A DNA stretch of 64,000 nt. Source: Rotaria socialis (taxonomy: Eukaryota). Under the pieces are notes generated by a model that was not told where the DNA came from, made no database searches, and saw only the letters and a program-made list of their open reading frames with translations. Shown here one piece after another: positions 1 through 16,192 of this stretch. Made by a program: the position numbers and the translations under genes. Where the stretch lies: positions 124,001 through 188,000 of the forward strand of contig CAJNYD010000132.1 in NCBI GenBank assembly GCA_905331295.1, in the 5' to 3' direction. Position 1 is the first letter of the stretch. Every line of letters begins with the position of its first letter.

Positions 1-331
1 ATGAATTTTAAAAATCTATGAAATAAAATCAGTGAGAACTGTTTCGATTTATGAAGATAAGGTGAAAATTACTGAGTTCTCTTTACTCGAAAGGTTCTCA
101 AAGACATAAATAGTGTCGAGCAAAGCTTTTTCCAAGCGAGTCATCCCATAAATAATGAGTTACCTTTATCTATTGGTAGGGAACATATTCTCGATGCAAG
201 CTAAATTCAAATTTTGCTATCTTATTTTCTATGTGAAAAACTCATTTAGTTGAATTGAAATATGACGATTCACCGAGTTAACAATATGAAATATGCATAA
301 TTTTTAAAACCTTCTCCATATAATCACATAC

Positions 332-3300
332 CTAATGCTTGAACTTTTTCATCAATATTAGCAATTTTAACTTGAAGCTTTCGTTTTTCATTTTCATCAG
401 TTAGACGATTCTCGTATTCATGAGTCATTTCTTCACGAATTTGACATTGTAAATCCATTTCTTGTTGCAAACGAGAAATCTAAACAAATATGCGTGATGT
501 AAAAAGCTTTGAATCATTTTAGTTACTAACTTCACCATCAAGTTTTTGTTTACGATCATCGGGTGCTAATTCAGGAAATAATTCTTGTCCAAATTCACGT
601 GCTCTAGCATAAAGTGCTGTATCATCAACAGCTCGTTCGTGTAGTAAATGCTCGAGATTTTTAATATCATTACTTTCATCTGACAAGCATTGCTAAAACA
701 CACAAGAGTTAAAATTTAGCTTTTTTTTTAAGCTCTTTTTCTTACAGTAATGATATCTCGTAGATCAGCTTCAGCAATATTTTCATTCGGTACTAAAAAC
801 AAACTCAATGAAGTTATCATTTACGAAAACTATCAAAAGATATTACTTGAACTTGTTGTTGACGGAGCTTTTTTCATAGGATTAATTTCAGAAGCTGAGG
901 GTAATCGTTTAGATTTAAACTCTCGAAATCTACTATACGCTGATGACGCAGCATTTGCTAATTTTGAAGATGCATGAATCGGAGAATTTACTATTGATAC
1001 TTTCGCTGTTGGAATATTTGAGGGATCATTTATTGATTCATCACTTTTTGATAATTCTGATGTTGTTCCAATATTCGGACCGAAACTGACTGCTGTTGAA
1101 TTGAGATTTCTATTGCCAAAGGCACGAAATGAGCGACGTGCTGTTGAATCTAGCACTGAAAATGCAGCAGCCGCTTTCGTTGAAAGACGATGTGCTGTTG
1201 TTGGTAATACTATTGCTGATGTAGTTGTTGTTGTTGCTGCTGGTGCTGGTGCTGGTGCTGTTGTTGTTGCTGGGATTGTTGTTGCTGCTGCAGCTGCTAT
1301 TGCTGTTGTTGTGGTGATGGCAACGGTGGCAGTAGTGGTAGGAGTACTGGTGGCAGATGTCATAGTAGTAGTTCGATTTACATTTGGACTTGGTATTAAT
1401 TCATAATTATTTTTTATTGTAATTGAATCAGTATCATCTGCTGCTAGAACCGGACCAATATCTGATTCTACTATAATTGAACTTCTCATATCTTCATCGG
1501 GTGCTGTAGTAGTTTGGTTAGTTTTTAAACCAATGGGCTCACGTGTACACTTTATTTCCGCATTAATTTTATCTTCGCATTTTTTATGTATTGCTATTTG
1601 ACAGTCACGACATTGACGGCCAATTTTCATCCAAATTTTCCGTTTACAATAATCGCATACAGTCGCAGTTGTAAATACTTTATCATCAAAAGAATGATCG
1701 GTCAATCTAAATAGAATAATCATTTCATTAAATTTAGAAATTAGTTTTTATTTGAATTAAATTTGCCTGCGTGCAGGCGATTCTTGTTGTTCATTGATAG
1801 TATTTATATATTTCAGTTGATCTCGTTTAGTTTCTTCTTCTTTTAATTTTCTATACAGATCATTGAAAACAGGTACATTAGCTGTGAATTGCTCGTTTTT
1901 TTCTTGTGAATTTAATCTTGCTTCGATTGCTGGTCTATGTTTGACGTTTACTGTAACAAAACCATGAGCCAAATTATCATCGTAACCTTTATGAGTACTT
2001 AGTTCAACTCGTTTTTTACTAAAATAAAATTCGATCACTATGAATTGAAATAAAAACTAGAATCAGTATTGAATTAAATTTTCTCATGCATAATGTTACT
2101 CTAATAAGTATGTATATATAGTTTTTTGAATGTTTACCTGTCAGACTCTGTAAGTGAAATATCTCTAAATAGGGAAAATACTCTGATTGCTATATATCTA
2201 TGTATGGATTGAAAACAGTTGTATGAAGCAATACTTACAAATTAGGTTTTACCGAATAAGCCGAACGAAAATTGAGTGTCATTTGAGTTTCACGTTTATA
2301 ACTTAGATGAGCATCGAGTACTATTTCTGAGAGAGCAACTGTAGCCTAAATCAAATATAACAAATAAGTGTCATATCGAGTTTCATTACTTGTTTAGTGT
2401 AAAGAATTTTAACTTACATGACCTAGTAAAATTAGTTTTTTACCAGCATTTGGTACATCACAATCAAGTGGTGGTTTACACCATAAACAAATGTTAAGAT
2501 ATCGTTCATTGGGACCCACTTGAAACTCGAATTTATTGTTAAATACAATATGCTATAATAATAAAAAATGAATATTTAAAAAAATTTTCTGAATGAAAAA
2601 CAAACGAACCGGCTCCGGCTTTTGAGTAGGAGTTGGTTGAGCTTGAAATTCTTGTAATACATCGGCATTCATCATAATTAAAGTGATATAATTTACAAGA
2701 TTTTTCTATAGCAAAAACGAAAATAGTTTTGGATAAAGAAATTTATAATCGATTTTGTTTACTAATGGTTTTGGTTTTTTTGTTGCATTGACAGTTGATA
2801 CTTTATTATTAGCATCTTCTGTATTCGTAGTTTGTATTGATTCATCATCACCATCTGATGGTCTACTAGATAAACCAATTGAATCAGCATTTTTTTCAGA
2901 TTTTACTAAAGACAATGGAAATTAAAACTATTGAAATTTAAGAAAAACTAAAACAATCATACTTGTTGATGGAGTAGTTCTTTGCCGTAGATTGGGTGAT
3001 GGCGTCAATGTATCACTACGTATCGACAATGTTGGTGAATGTCCACCCTGAAAAGAATCATTTTGGAACTAAAAAACAATGTTTATGGCAACTATTTTAC
3101 CTTTTTTTCTATTTCCGATACACTTAAAGATTCAGCAGCACGTTGTACACGAACACTATGTAATAAAGGCATACCAATAACAATTTTTACTCCATCTTCA
3201 TTTCCATTTGCTGTTGTTGTTGTTGCTGGCAATGTTCCATCGCCAGGTGAAACAGATGGTTTATATTTTAATAAGCGATTCATTTGTTTAACTGTTTTAA

Positions 3301-4785
3301 CGTCTTGTCCTCGCATTTTAAGTAAAAATACATTCTTATCTTCTAATGCTGTTTTAAATGCTGTAGCATCTTCAATTCCATTTGGTATTGGATCAATTTG
3401 TTCAATTAATAATTCTATTCGGTCCATATAAAGAACTTCTTTAACAAGAATTTTATGTATGTTACGTGTTAATTCAAGTTCTTTTGTTGGCCATATACTA
3501 CGATCAATATATAAATAATCGGCACACGTTTTCTCGTTGATATTCACCGTTAAAAATACTGCTACAGATGGCATCTTTTGTTTATCAAATATGGTCAATG
3601 GTATTGAAAGACGATCGCAATGTTTAATTAATACATCGAAACTACCCGGTATAAGATTATTCCCATTGGCAGATAAAACATCAGCTGGTAGAGAATGTTT
3701 TGATGCAGAAAAAAATGGTTGAAAACGAATTTTATAACTTGGCCATGTTTGTTTACGTTTTATAGCACGACGTAATTGTTGTGTGATAATATTTGCTAAT
3801 TGTGGACTTTCAACTGTAGCAAAATATGATTTAACTTCAAAATCAATGAATGGTTCATCTTGAAAAACTAACAGCCAATGGCTGAATGGTTCACGACGAA
3901 ATTCTAAATGTAAACGTCCTTGAATACGTTTTACTTTAATAGATAATTGACACTTATGGCCAAATAGTAACGTTATATCAAGTGTAACAAAAAAGCCATC
4001 TTCATAATCAGCATCAAGCTTAGCAACGAATTCCTGAACAAAACAAAAAAAATTTTAATTACATCTATCAAAAGTTTGATATATGATACTATGAAATTTG
4101 ATACTACAGGATGAAAGAAAGAATAAAGAGAAAGCAAATTTTCATCGATGAATGAATGAATGAATGAAGCTTTTATAATCCAAATAAAGATTCATGTATC
4201 AAATAACACTTCCTTTCTCTGTTCAAAATTATGAAAGAAACAGAAAGATTTCATACCTTAATCAAATTACGCTCATCACGTTCTTGTCGTTCAAGTTGAA
4301 TATCGCTGAATATTGGACATTTCTTTCCAACTGAAAAACTTTGTATCTAAATATATTATGATTAGAATTTCAATCAAAATTTATGGAATTATAAAACCTA
4401 CGATAATATTTTGAACAAATATTTTTCCTGTTCGACTATTCTTCAATTCTTTAAATTCTGTATCCAATTTATGCATTAGATAACGTCGTAATCTTGAACT
4501 ATCTTTAAGTTCTTGAAATAAAAATTGAAATAGATAATTAACAGCATCGACTGCCAAATTTTTTGCTCGTTCATTCTATAATAGAAATATGTAGAGATCT
4601 AAACTATGTTAAGTCGTAAATTAACTTACTTCAGGCAATGGATGGAATGCTTCAAACTGTTCGTCTTCTTGTTCATTAATTACGACTGGTGGGCTAAATG
4701 CATAGCTTGTATATAAATATAGCAATACGGCAATTGTCGATGCACAACCCAAAACATAACTTAGCAGTATAATTAGTAACAACAT
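332..4785 (-). CDS. PDZD8: PDZ domain-containing protein 8 homologue (TM-SMP-PDZ-C1-coiled coil), multi-exon; last exon not confidently located and may lie left of the window
   Basis: ATG at 4785 starts a hydrophobic anchor (MLLLIILLSYVLGCASTIAVLLY). SMP-type exons (NYLFQFLFQELKDS, VFQDEPFIDFEVKS, RRAIKRKQTWPSYKIRFQPFF), C1 domain (HSF...TVCDYCKRKIWMKIGRQCRDCQIAIHKKC) and coiled-coil exon 332-479 ending in a GTATGT donor. Includes a 27-nt microexon at 2138-2164. Confidence 0.88.
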
Positions 4786-5622
4786 AATTTTAAATGAAAG
4801 AACCAACTCCTATCACATCTTGAAAGAACAGAAAAAAAAACAATTTTTTATCGATTTCTCTTATTTTTTTCAGTTCTTGTTGTTCGTTTGCTTGTATTCA
4901 AAATTCTTTGTTTACACACACACACACGCACACACACTTCGAAGGCGTCATACAAAACTATACAAACACGTGAGTGAGACAAAAGGAGAGAAGAAAAAAA
5001 CAACGAAAAAAAAACCAATTAAAAGCGCACACAATCGATCATCGTCTGTCTTCAATGTTGTAGCCCTTTCGACTCTAAACTAATAATAAACACATCCGTC
5101 AGCACTCTTTTTTTTTTGTGCATGTATAATATATGGAAGAAGCTTGCATCGATCAATTTAATATTGTTTGAATATCCCTTGTATAGTTTTTCTTAGAATA
5201 CATATGTATATATATTCAAATGAAAAACGTTTTACATCAGTAATAATCCCTATTTACAATGAAATACAAAAAAAAAATGAAAGAGAGCTAAGAATCATCG
5301 CTATGTTCCTCATTTTCTCACATGTTGTAGCGCGATAGATATGAATGCGCATGAACAAAAAAAAAAGAAAAACTGTTGTCTATCGTGAGAAATGAAGATC
5401 ACTGCGAGCATATAACGCAATAGAGAAAAGAAAACCAACAGTTTGATAATAAATTAAAAGAAAAACAAAAACAAAATTCAGTCGATCAACACAATCATTT
5501 AGCGATAGTATAGGATTGTGTATGTTTCTCTATCCCTCTCGCTCTCTATCCTTTTTGACTGACACAAAACAAAAGAAGAAAAAAAAACGAAACGAAATGT
5601 GCATGTGTATAAATATGAACGA

Positions 5623-9543
<3,921 letters not shown>

Positions 9544-11313
9544 TTATAATAGAATTTCATTTTCATTTAATATAACATATTCTATTAAAATGACAGAAAA
9601 TAATTACACATTTTATTGGTAAAAATTAAATTCTACATACCAAAAGCACAGATTTAAATTGTTAGTACTGTTTATATTAAATACACTAGTTTGAAGGACA
9701 AATTTTATAAGTAAAACAGAAAGCAGGATAATATTGCAGAATTCGATGAAGATGATTAATAAAAATCAGTCAGCAAAAGCACAGATAAAAGAATGTCAAA
9801 TCGATTGTGAATAAATTTATACGTATATGACAATATGGATTTATAAGTGTTGCTGATACGATCGATCGTGTGACGATCTAAACTAAAATGAATAAATGTG
9901 ATACATATAGACATTGGGAGCTTATTATTGTTTGACTCATTCACAATTGTTTATCACTGACTCACGAGATCTTGAGTCGTAGGAGAGAAAAAAAGAAGGA
10001 AAGAAATCATGGTAGCAGCAATAAACAAAGAACTTCAATTTGACTGGATCATGCGTTCTTCTAATGATCGCCATTCAACCGGATCATTTAATAGCCTCAT
10101 TGATGGTATGCATAAAAGACGTGAAAGATTATATTCAGATTTTTCAGCTATTATTATAGAAACTTAAGTTAGCTTAATATTTATAATCTTTCTTATAATC
10201 CAACAAGCGATATTATTAATATAAATTTATCAAATAAATATATGCCGACAGGTGATTAGTGACATCTACTGAAAATATTATGTATACGAGGGAAGGGATG
10301 CTGTTAATTGAATTTTAAATTTGAATTTATTGAAGTTGTCGAGCATTATTATTGTATTCATTTGAGTTTAAGCATTTGGCGATACTCAATTACAATTTTT
10401 TACATATCATCCAGTTGGTTTATGTGTAGACGAAAATAAGTATTTGGTATGAAGTCTATGAATGGGATTTTAAATAACTAATACATTTTTCCCATCAAAA
10501 CCTGTATACTTAAAGTAGTGTTCGTGCCGATGATAATAGTACTGATGTATTCGATTATGTTATTTGTACATGAAAAAGAAAGAATGTTATTGGCAATGTA
10601 GTTTTTTTTCCAATGTTGTTATTATTATAGTAACGAAAATAAAGTGAGCTAAAAACAAGATGTAAAAAAAAAATTGGAAAAATTTTGCCTTTAGAATATA
10701 GATCGTCGATCAGTACTAGTATGCATCATATTTTTTAAAAGTTTTAGGATCAAATCTTTGCTTCAATCCGAAAAAAATCTAATAACTAAAAGGTGGTTAT
10801 AAAGTAAATATCAGTTACGAAAAAGAAAAAAAATGAAATTTGAGCAAATTCCATCAAAACAAGAAAATAACTAAAGTGATTCAGTATATACGTAAAGACT
10901 GGCATTCTTAATATGGAAAGATAGAGAAAATTTTCATATCATTTACTTATTTCATCAAAATTTCTTCACGCAAAATTATGTTTGCTTATATCAATGGCAT
11001 GATATTCTTGAAGCTTGCAGTTATTCTTTTATATCAAAGTTTTTATTTACACTATTTTCGATGAAATACATGAAAAAAAAGCAGTTCATCGTTAAATAAA
11101 AGCTGTTCATAAAAGAAAAAATAAACAATATAAGTGCTATCTGACAATCTATCGAAGATTATACACACATGTAGGTCATGCATGATCCTATGACAATAGG
11201 GACAAACAAAAATATAACGTAAAATCTTTTAGACGTGTGTACACAAAAAAAAACGACTATGTTACCAACAAAACTAGTTAACGAAAGCAAATAGTAAACA
11301 AAAATGTTTTAAA

Positions 11314-13683
11314 TTAAGATGGATGGTGTTCATAGTTATCGGTTAATAATGACGTTGAAACTAATGGTGTTGATGTAGTAGGTGGATCCATTTTTTTAAT
11401 TTGAGCAGTTGTTGGTAACTATTTTGAAAAGGAATAAACGATGCATGTTTAAACACTTTGGCTAACGTAGTAGTAAGGTAGGTAGGAAGAATACTACTAC
11501 TGAAAAATTGTGAAAACAAAATACTTAAGCAATTTTCAAGGTGATATTATTATTTTATCGAATTAATTTGGTGTGATTGAGACTATACAATGCTTAAATC
11601 TTGTGTTTATTCATCTGTGCTCGCTAGAATGAACTATTGAAGTGAATCGTTTCAAAGGAAGATTCATTATTGAAAACTTAACTGAATGAAAATTTCAATT
11701 CTCGATTCAAAAAAGGAATTTTCAAGTTGATCTAACGTAAGGACACAGAAGTATGCTAAGAAATTACTAAAGTATCTATAATTCAAGATGAAAGAGCTGC
11801 CGTCCTCAATCTTCTTACGTTTTTTTTCTTCTATACAAGGTCTAATTAATACAGTAAAAATTATACTAAAAAGGAATTTTATATTTGTTAAGATACCTTC
11901 ATGTGTCAATGCCGATAGTGAGTTTCACATGTTATGAATTGATATAAATAATGTGCTTATTAATTCGTATATATTTATTTGCATGAGATAGTACTGAATG
12001 CAAGGCTTTTTCAAAAACAAACTGACCAATATTCCTGCTCGATATTTTTATTTGTAGGCGAGTGTTCAAATAGGAAACATTTTTCTATGTGAAGTAAAAC
12101 GTAGACTTGAAATATTCCATCGAGGAAGTTTAATCGTTGGCACTCAGCTGAAAAACATCAAAGACTGAGGTTACTTATGAGGGAACATATCTAACTGATA
12201 AATCGTTTTTCGAATCGGACTTCATGCATTTGGTAGACCCTATTGAGCTATGAAAAACCCCAAAAGAACAAATACCCATAGATCTTCAGTCCCGAATTAA
12301 TGGGCATTTTACTGGAATTTTAGTCTTTACCGTGGTATACACCAAAAAATTGAATGATGAGATTTCGCCCCTAGGCAAGTCCATTTATGAGTAGGATGTC
12401 CTGAAAATTTCGGCTCAAGCATATGTTTCTTTTCCGAGATATTTAACTTTCAAAAATCACTGATATTTGACGAAGGATTCTAGAACTTTCTTTTTTTTGG
12501 AAGTTAAATATCTCGGAAAGGAAACATTTGTTTGAGCTGAAATTTTCAGGACATCCTATTCATAAATAGATTTGTCTATGGGCGAAATATCATCATTCAA
12601 TTTTTTGGTGCATACCACGGTAAAGATTAAAATGCCTATAATTCGGGACAGAAGACGTATGGGTATTTGTTTTTTTAGGGCTTTTCATACCTCAATAGGG
12701 TCTACCAAATGCATGAAGTCCGATTCGAAAAACGATTTATCAGTTAGATATGTACGCTCGTTAGAAGGAATTCTATCCAAGTTGATTTTCTAGTCTCAGT
12801 TCTAAATTTTTGAAGATTTCTTTAAATTTTAGATAGTTGTTTGAAAAAGTAGTTTCATTGAAAAATAAATCATTATGAAAATAATCAAAATGCTTCAAAA
12901 AAATAAAATTTTGAATTGTTGTAATCATACTCGAGGAATTTTTCGACCACCAAATAAATTAGCATAAAAATTTGATTGTTGATTAACTTGTTTTCTCTTT
13001 TCTTCTTGAATAACTGGATCCAATGAGTTTAATAATTGTGCTGTTGCTATTACCATTGAAATATTTTGTTGATTGTTTCGTTCATTCTGATTTACTTCTT
13101 GTATCTTTTTTCTTTTAGCTACCACCGGAAAAGTACGTGTGCATATTATATCAATCATATTTCCATCTGATTTATCAAGTTTTTCTTTATAATTCATGAA
13201 GCGACCATTTGGCCATATTTTTGTTGAATGTTTGAATTTTATTTTATATAAATCAGATGATAAGCCATTTGTTGAATGATCCATAAAACTTTCAGCTAGA
13301 TCATAATTGATCGTTCGTTTGGGTAATGATAGCGATGATGAATGCCAATGATGGCCATTATGTCTGCTACCACCACGACGTGCTCGTTGTGGACCTGGAT
13401 TAAACTAAATATTGCATTATTATAAATAGATAAAAATAGAAAAAAAAACTAAAATCAATACTGGTCGAGAGAGTTTCGTTTTGTTATTAGCAGAAAGCGT
13501 GAAATTTTGAATTGATTCACGAATAATTTCCTCATTTGGGATTCGTGAACGATGATCAAGTGAATCTTTATGTTGCTTAGTTGAATGTGGAGCATGCTGA
13601 TTATATGAAGATGAATGTAAATCAGGATTCACATCATGTTGTAATCTTTTTAGATGATGATGATGATGATGATGATGAGACAT
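11314..13683 (-). CDS. Uncharacterised ~266-aa protein with an N-terminal poly-His tract; exons 13462-13683, 12931-13404, 11314-11418
   Basis: Both junctions are phase 0 with canonical GT/AG (CCA|GTATTG...TAG|TTTAAT; CGA|GTATGA...TAG|TTACCA), giving one open frame MSHHHHHHHH...NYEHHPS*. No recognisable domain. Confidence 0.65.
12185..12753. mobile_element. Foldback/MITE-like element: ~270-bp imperfect inverted arms with a ~40-bp spacer, intronic
   Basis: Left ACATATCTAACTGATAAATCGTTTTTCGAATCGGACTTCATGCATTTGGTAGACCCTATTGAG is the exact reverse complement of the right end ...CTCAATAGGGTCTACCAAATGCATGAAGTCCGATTCGAAAAACGATTTATCAGTTAGATATGT. Pairing continues imperfectly to the centre (~12455-12495). 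No clean TSD. Confidence 0.85.
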
Positions 13684-14564
13684 CTAAGAAATTCGACTTC
13701 TGTAGTAAGTAATTGTACTATCTATCTAGTTGTGAATTAGCGCAAGACCGAAAAGAAATTCGTTTTTGTTTAAATGATTAAGGTATAAACTGTTAGCCAT
13801 ACAAAAAAAAGCATTTTTCCATTAAAATAACTTATTTGTTCAATTTTATCGATAGTAAAACGAACGAAAAACCGATCTATATATAAATTAATCATTGTCA
13901 TCCATAGACATCTGGAGGAAAATCATTCAAACATATTTTTGAGATATTAGCTAATGTGATACATTGATAGGAATGCTTTCTTGATATAAATACAATAGTC
14001 GATATGAAAAACAGACGGAAAATATTCATAGGGTAGCTATGCGCAAAATAAAGATCACAAAAGAATCATCGAATTTCTAACTAAAATACAATTCAATAAA
14101 AAAAACAAATCGAATGATATGTTCTATTTTCTGTTTAGATACAGATGGCAATATGATATTATCTAAAGGACTGTATTTTTTTAAATATGATGCAGTCGAT
14201 ATTTGACATTCATAGTATGCCTTATTCGAAAGAAGCATCAATAGCATTAGTTTTGAGAGTGCCATATTGACATTTTGTATTTTACATATAAAAAGCCTAG
14301 GATATTAATCCTTTCATCAGTATGTACAGCTTTTGTATGAAAAGAACAGATACAGAATGAGTCCATGCGTTAGTCCTAAAAGACAATACTTAGAACTGCT
14401 ATCTATTGTTTTTAGCTGTGCACATCTGTCTTTTTCGCATGAGAAAATAAGAAAATCAACAAGAAAAAGGACAAGATGATAATTAGCGTTGACTATTTTC
14501 CGAGTTGAATATCTGAAAATACACGCTACAACCATTTATAATGAAAATTGTTCAATAAAGCAAC

Positions 14565-15216
14565 ATGATCAAAAATCTATTTTGTTTAACTATTTTTCAT
14601 TTATTATCATTTCAATTGACAATAATCACGTGCGAAAGTATGAATATTACTTTTATAAGTTTCTCAAGTAAATCTAAGTTTTTCTTGTGTTTTTTTACAT
14701 ATTATTATAAAGATAATGAAGTCGTCCCGGAAGTTATTCGTGGTTTTTTAAATAAAAACGGAAATCAACGATCTCAATCAGCCCCAAAAAAAATTGAAGA
14801 TCGATGTGGCTTTAACGGTAAAAATTTTGACAGAATATGTGGGTCATTCGAACAAGAGTTATTTATATTATCAAGTCATCCTCAAAGTAAATGACACTGT
14901 ACCTATATTCAAGAAAACAAAACGAAAATTCTGTTTATTTTATTTAGATAAAAAATATTCATTGAGAGAAGTACTCGAACGAAAAGAGAGTGCCACTCAA
15001 TTTCTTCATACTATATATAGAAGAAAACGATTGATTTATCCACTGGTATAAAGTCTGAATCACATTTATAAAGACAGATGTACACACCAACTACATTGTA
15101 AAAAATTATTTTTCGATAATCCTTTCTCTTAATTACTGAACAGATAACCACGATCCTGTCAACCAATTGATCGATGCAAATTTGATGAAAATCTTTCATA
15201 CAGCACAGAACTTTGA
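14565..15216 (+). pseudogene. Secreted Cys-containing prepropeptide, possibly insulin-like, apparently decayed; exons 14565-14667, 14713-14886, 14948 onward
   Basis: Signal-peptide-like N terminus, two phase-1 GT-AG introns that keep frame, CGFNGKNFDRICG motif, RRKR site. The frame continues with Cys-rich text but has TAA at 15049, 15130 and 15145, ending at TGA 15214-15216. Confidence 0.45.
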
Positions 15217-16192
15217 TTGCATGCAATATCTATTATTTTAATTAAATATTTTTCAGAGATTAATTAATATCTAATAAATGTTTATGATTAGTAGAAAAAC
15301 AAAGTGTCCTAATAATTGTCTTTTTAATACAATGGATTGAATAGAAGTAGTTTTAATAGCACATTTTGACTTATTTCTAGTTAATGATCAATAACTCGAA
15401 ATGCGGAATTCCGATCTGCAAGTTGACGCAATAAAACAGTATTGATTTATCCAGTTGTATAGATTCTAGAGGTGTAGGCGTTTTGCCATAGATATGTGAC
15501 AAAAATGGAGTTTTCTTTAAAAACTGAAGAAAGTGATAAACAAAACTTCTTGTCTATTGATACTTTGCAACAATAATGCAACAAAATAATCATAAAATGA
15601 ATTTAAAGGCTATCAGGCACGAAATTTTGCTACACTTACCAAGATCTTCATGTTGATCCAATGAGAACGCAAAAGATAGATTATAGTTAGCGTTGTTCCC
15701 TCTTTGATAACTGATGTTTGTCTTGCTATCGGAATCGTATTTTGAATGGTATACGAGAAGAATTTAATGTTTAAATAATCGCATTTTTTTCTATTTGCTA
15801 AAATTTCTTTTAAAGATTCGCGAAAAAACTACAACAGTCGATATATCAAAGAATCAATCGATAATATATACGAAAAACTCTTTTTCAAATGTACACTATA
15901 CAAACAAGAGAGAATAAAAGATACTCATTGTTATCCGTTGGTTTAGAAACTCGCAGTACAAAAACTTGAACGATCACAAAATCAAATAATTAAAAAACAC
16001 TGTGTACGATTGAAAATTCAGCTAGCACCTAATGAATGAGAAAATTTAAAACAAAATCAGCAAAAAGAAAATCATAAAATCAGCGACAGATGCGAGACAA
16101 TGTTGCTGATATTGACATAAAAACAAAAGGTATAGTTTTTCTTTTTACAATATGCATTGAAAAGAAAGCAAATTACTGACACAAAAATAGAG

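Noticed and set aside
168..200. Possible last PDZD8 exon (ACIENMFPTNR*)
   Set aside because: Splices in frame but does not resemble the expected conserved C terminus; the real exon may lie outside the window.
1101..1406. Val/Ala-rich plus-strand ORF
   Set aside because: Antisense shadow of the Thr/Ala low-complexity tract in PDZD8.
12572..12793. 73-aa ORF
   Set aside because: Lies almost entirely within the right arm of the foldback element and has no transposase motif.
14077..14535. Short minus-strand ORFs with a faint GPCR-like feel
   Set aside because: No coherent motif or splice structure could be built.
15635..15645. ACTTACCAAGA resembling the end of the rotifer spliced leader
   Set aside because: Short match only, with no following donor or Sm site; better explained as a minus-strand GTAAGT donor.
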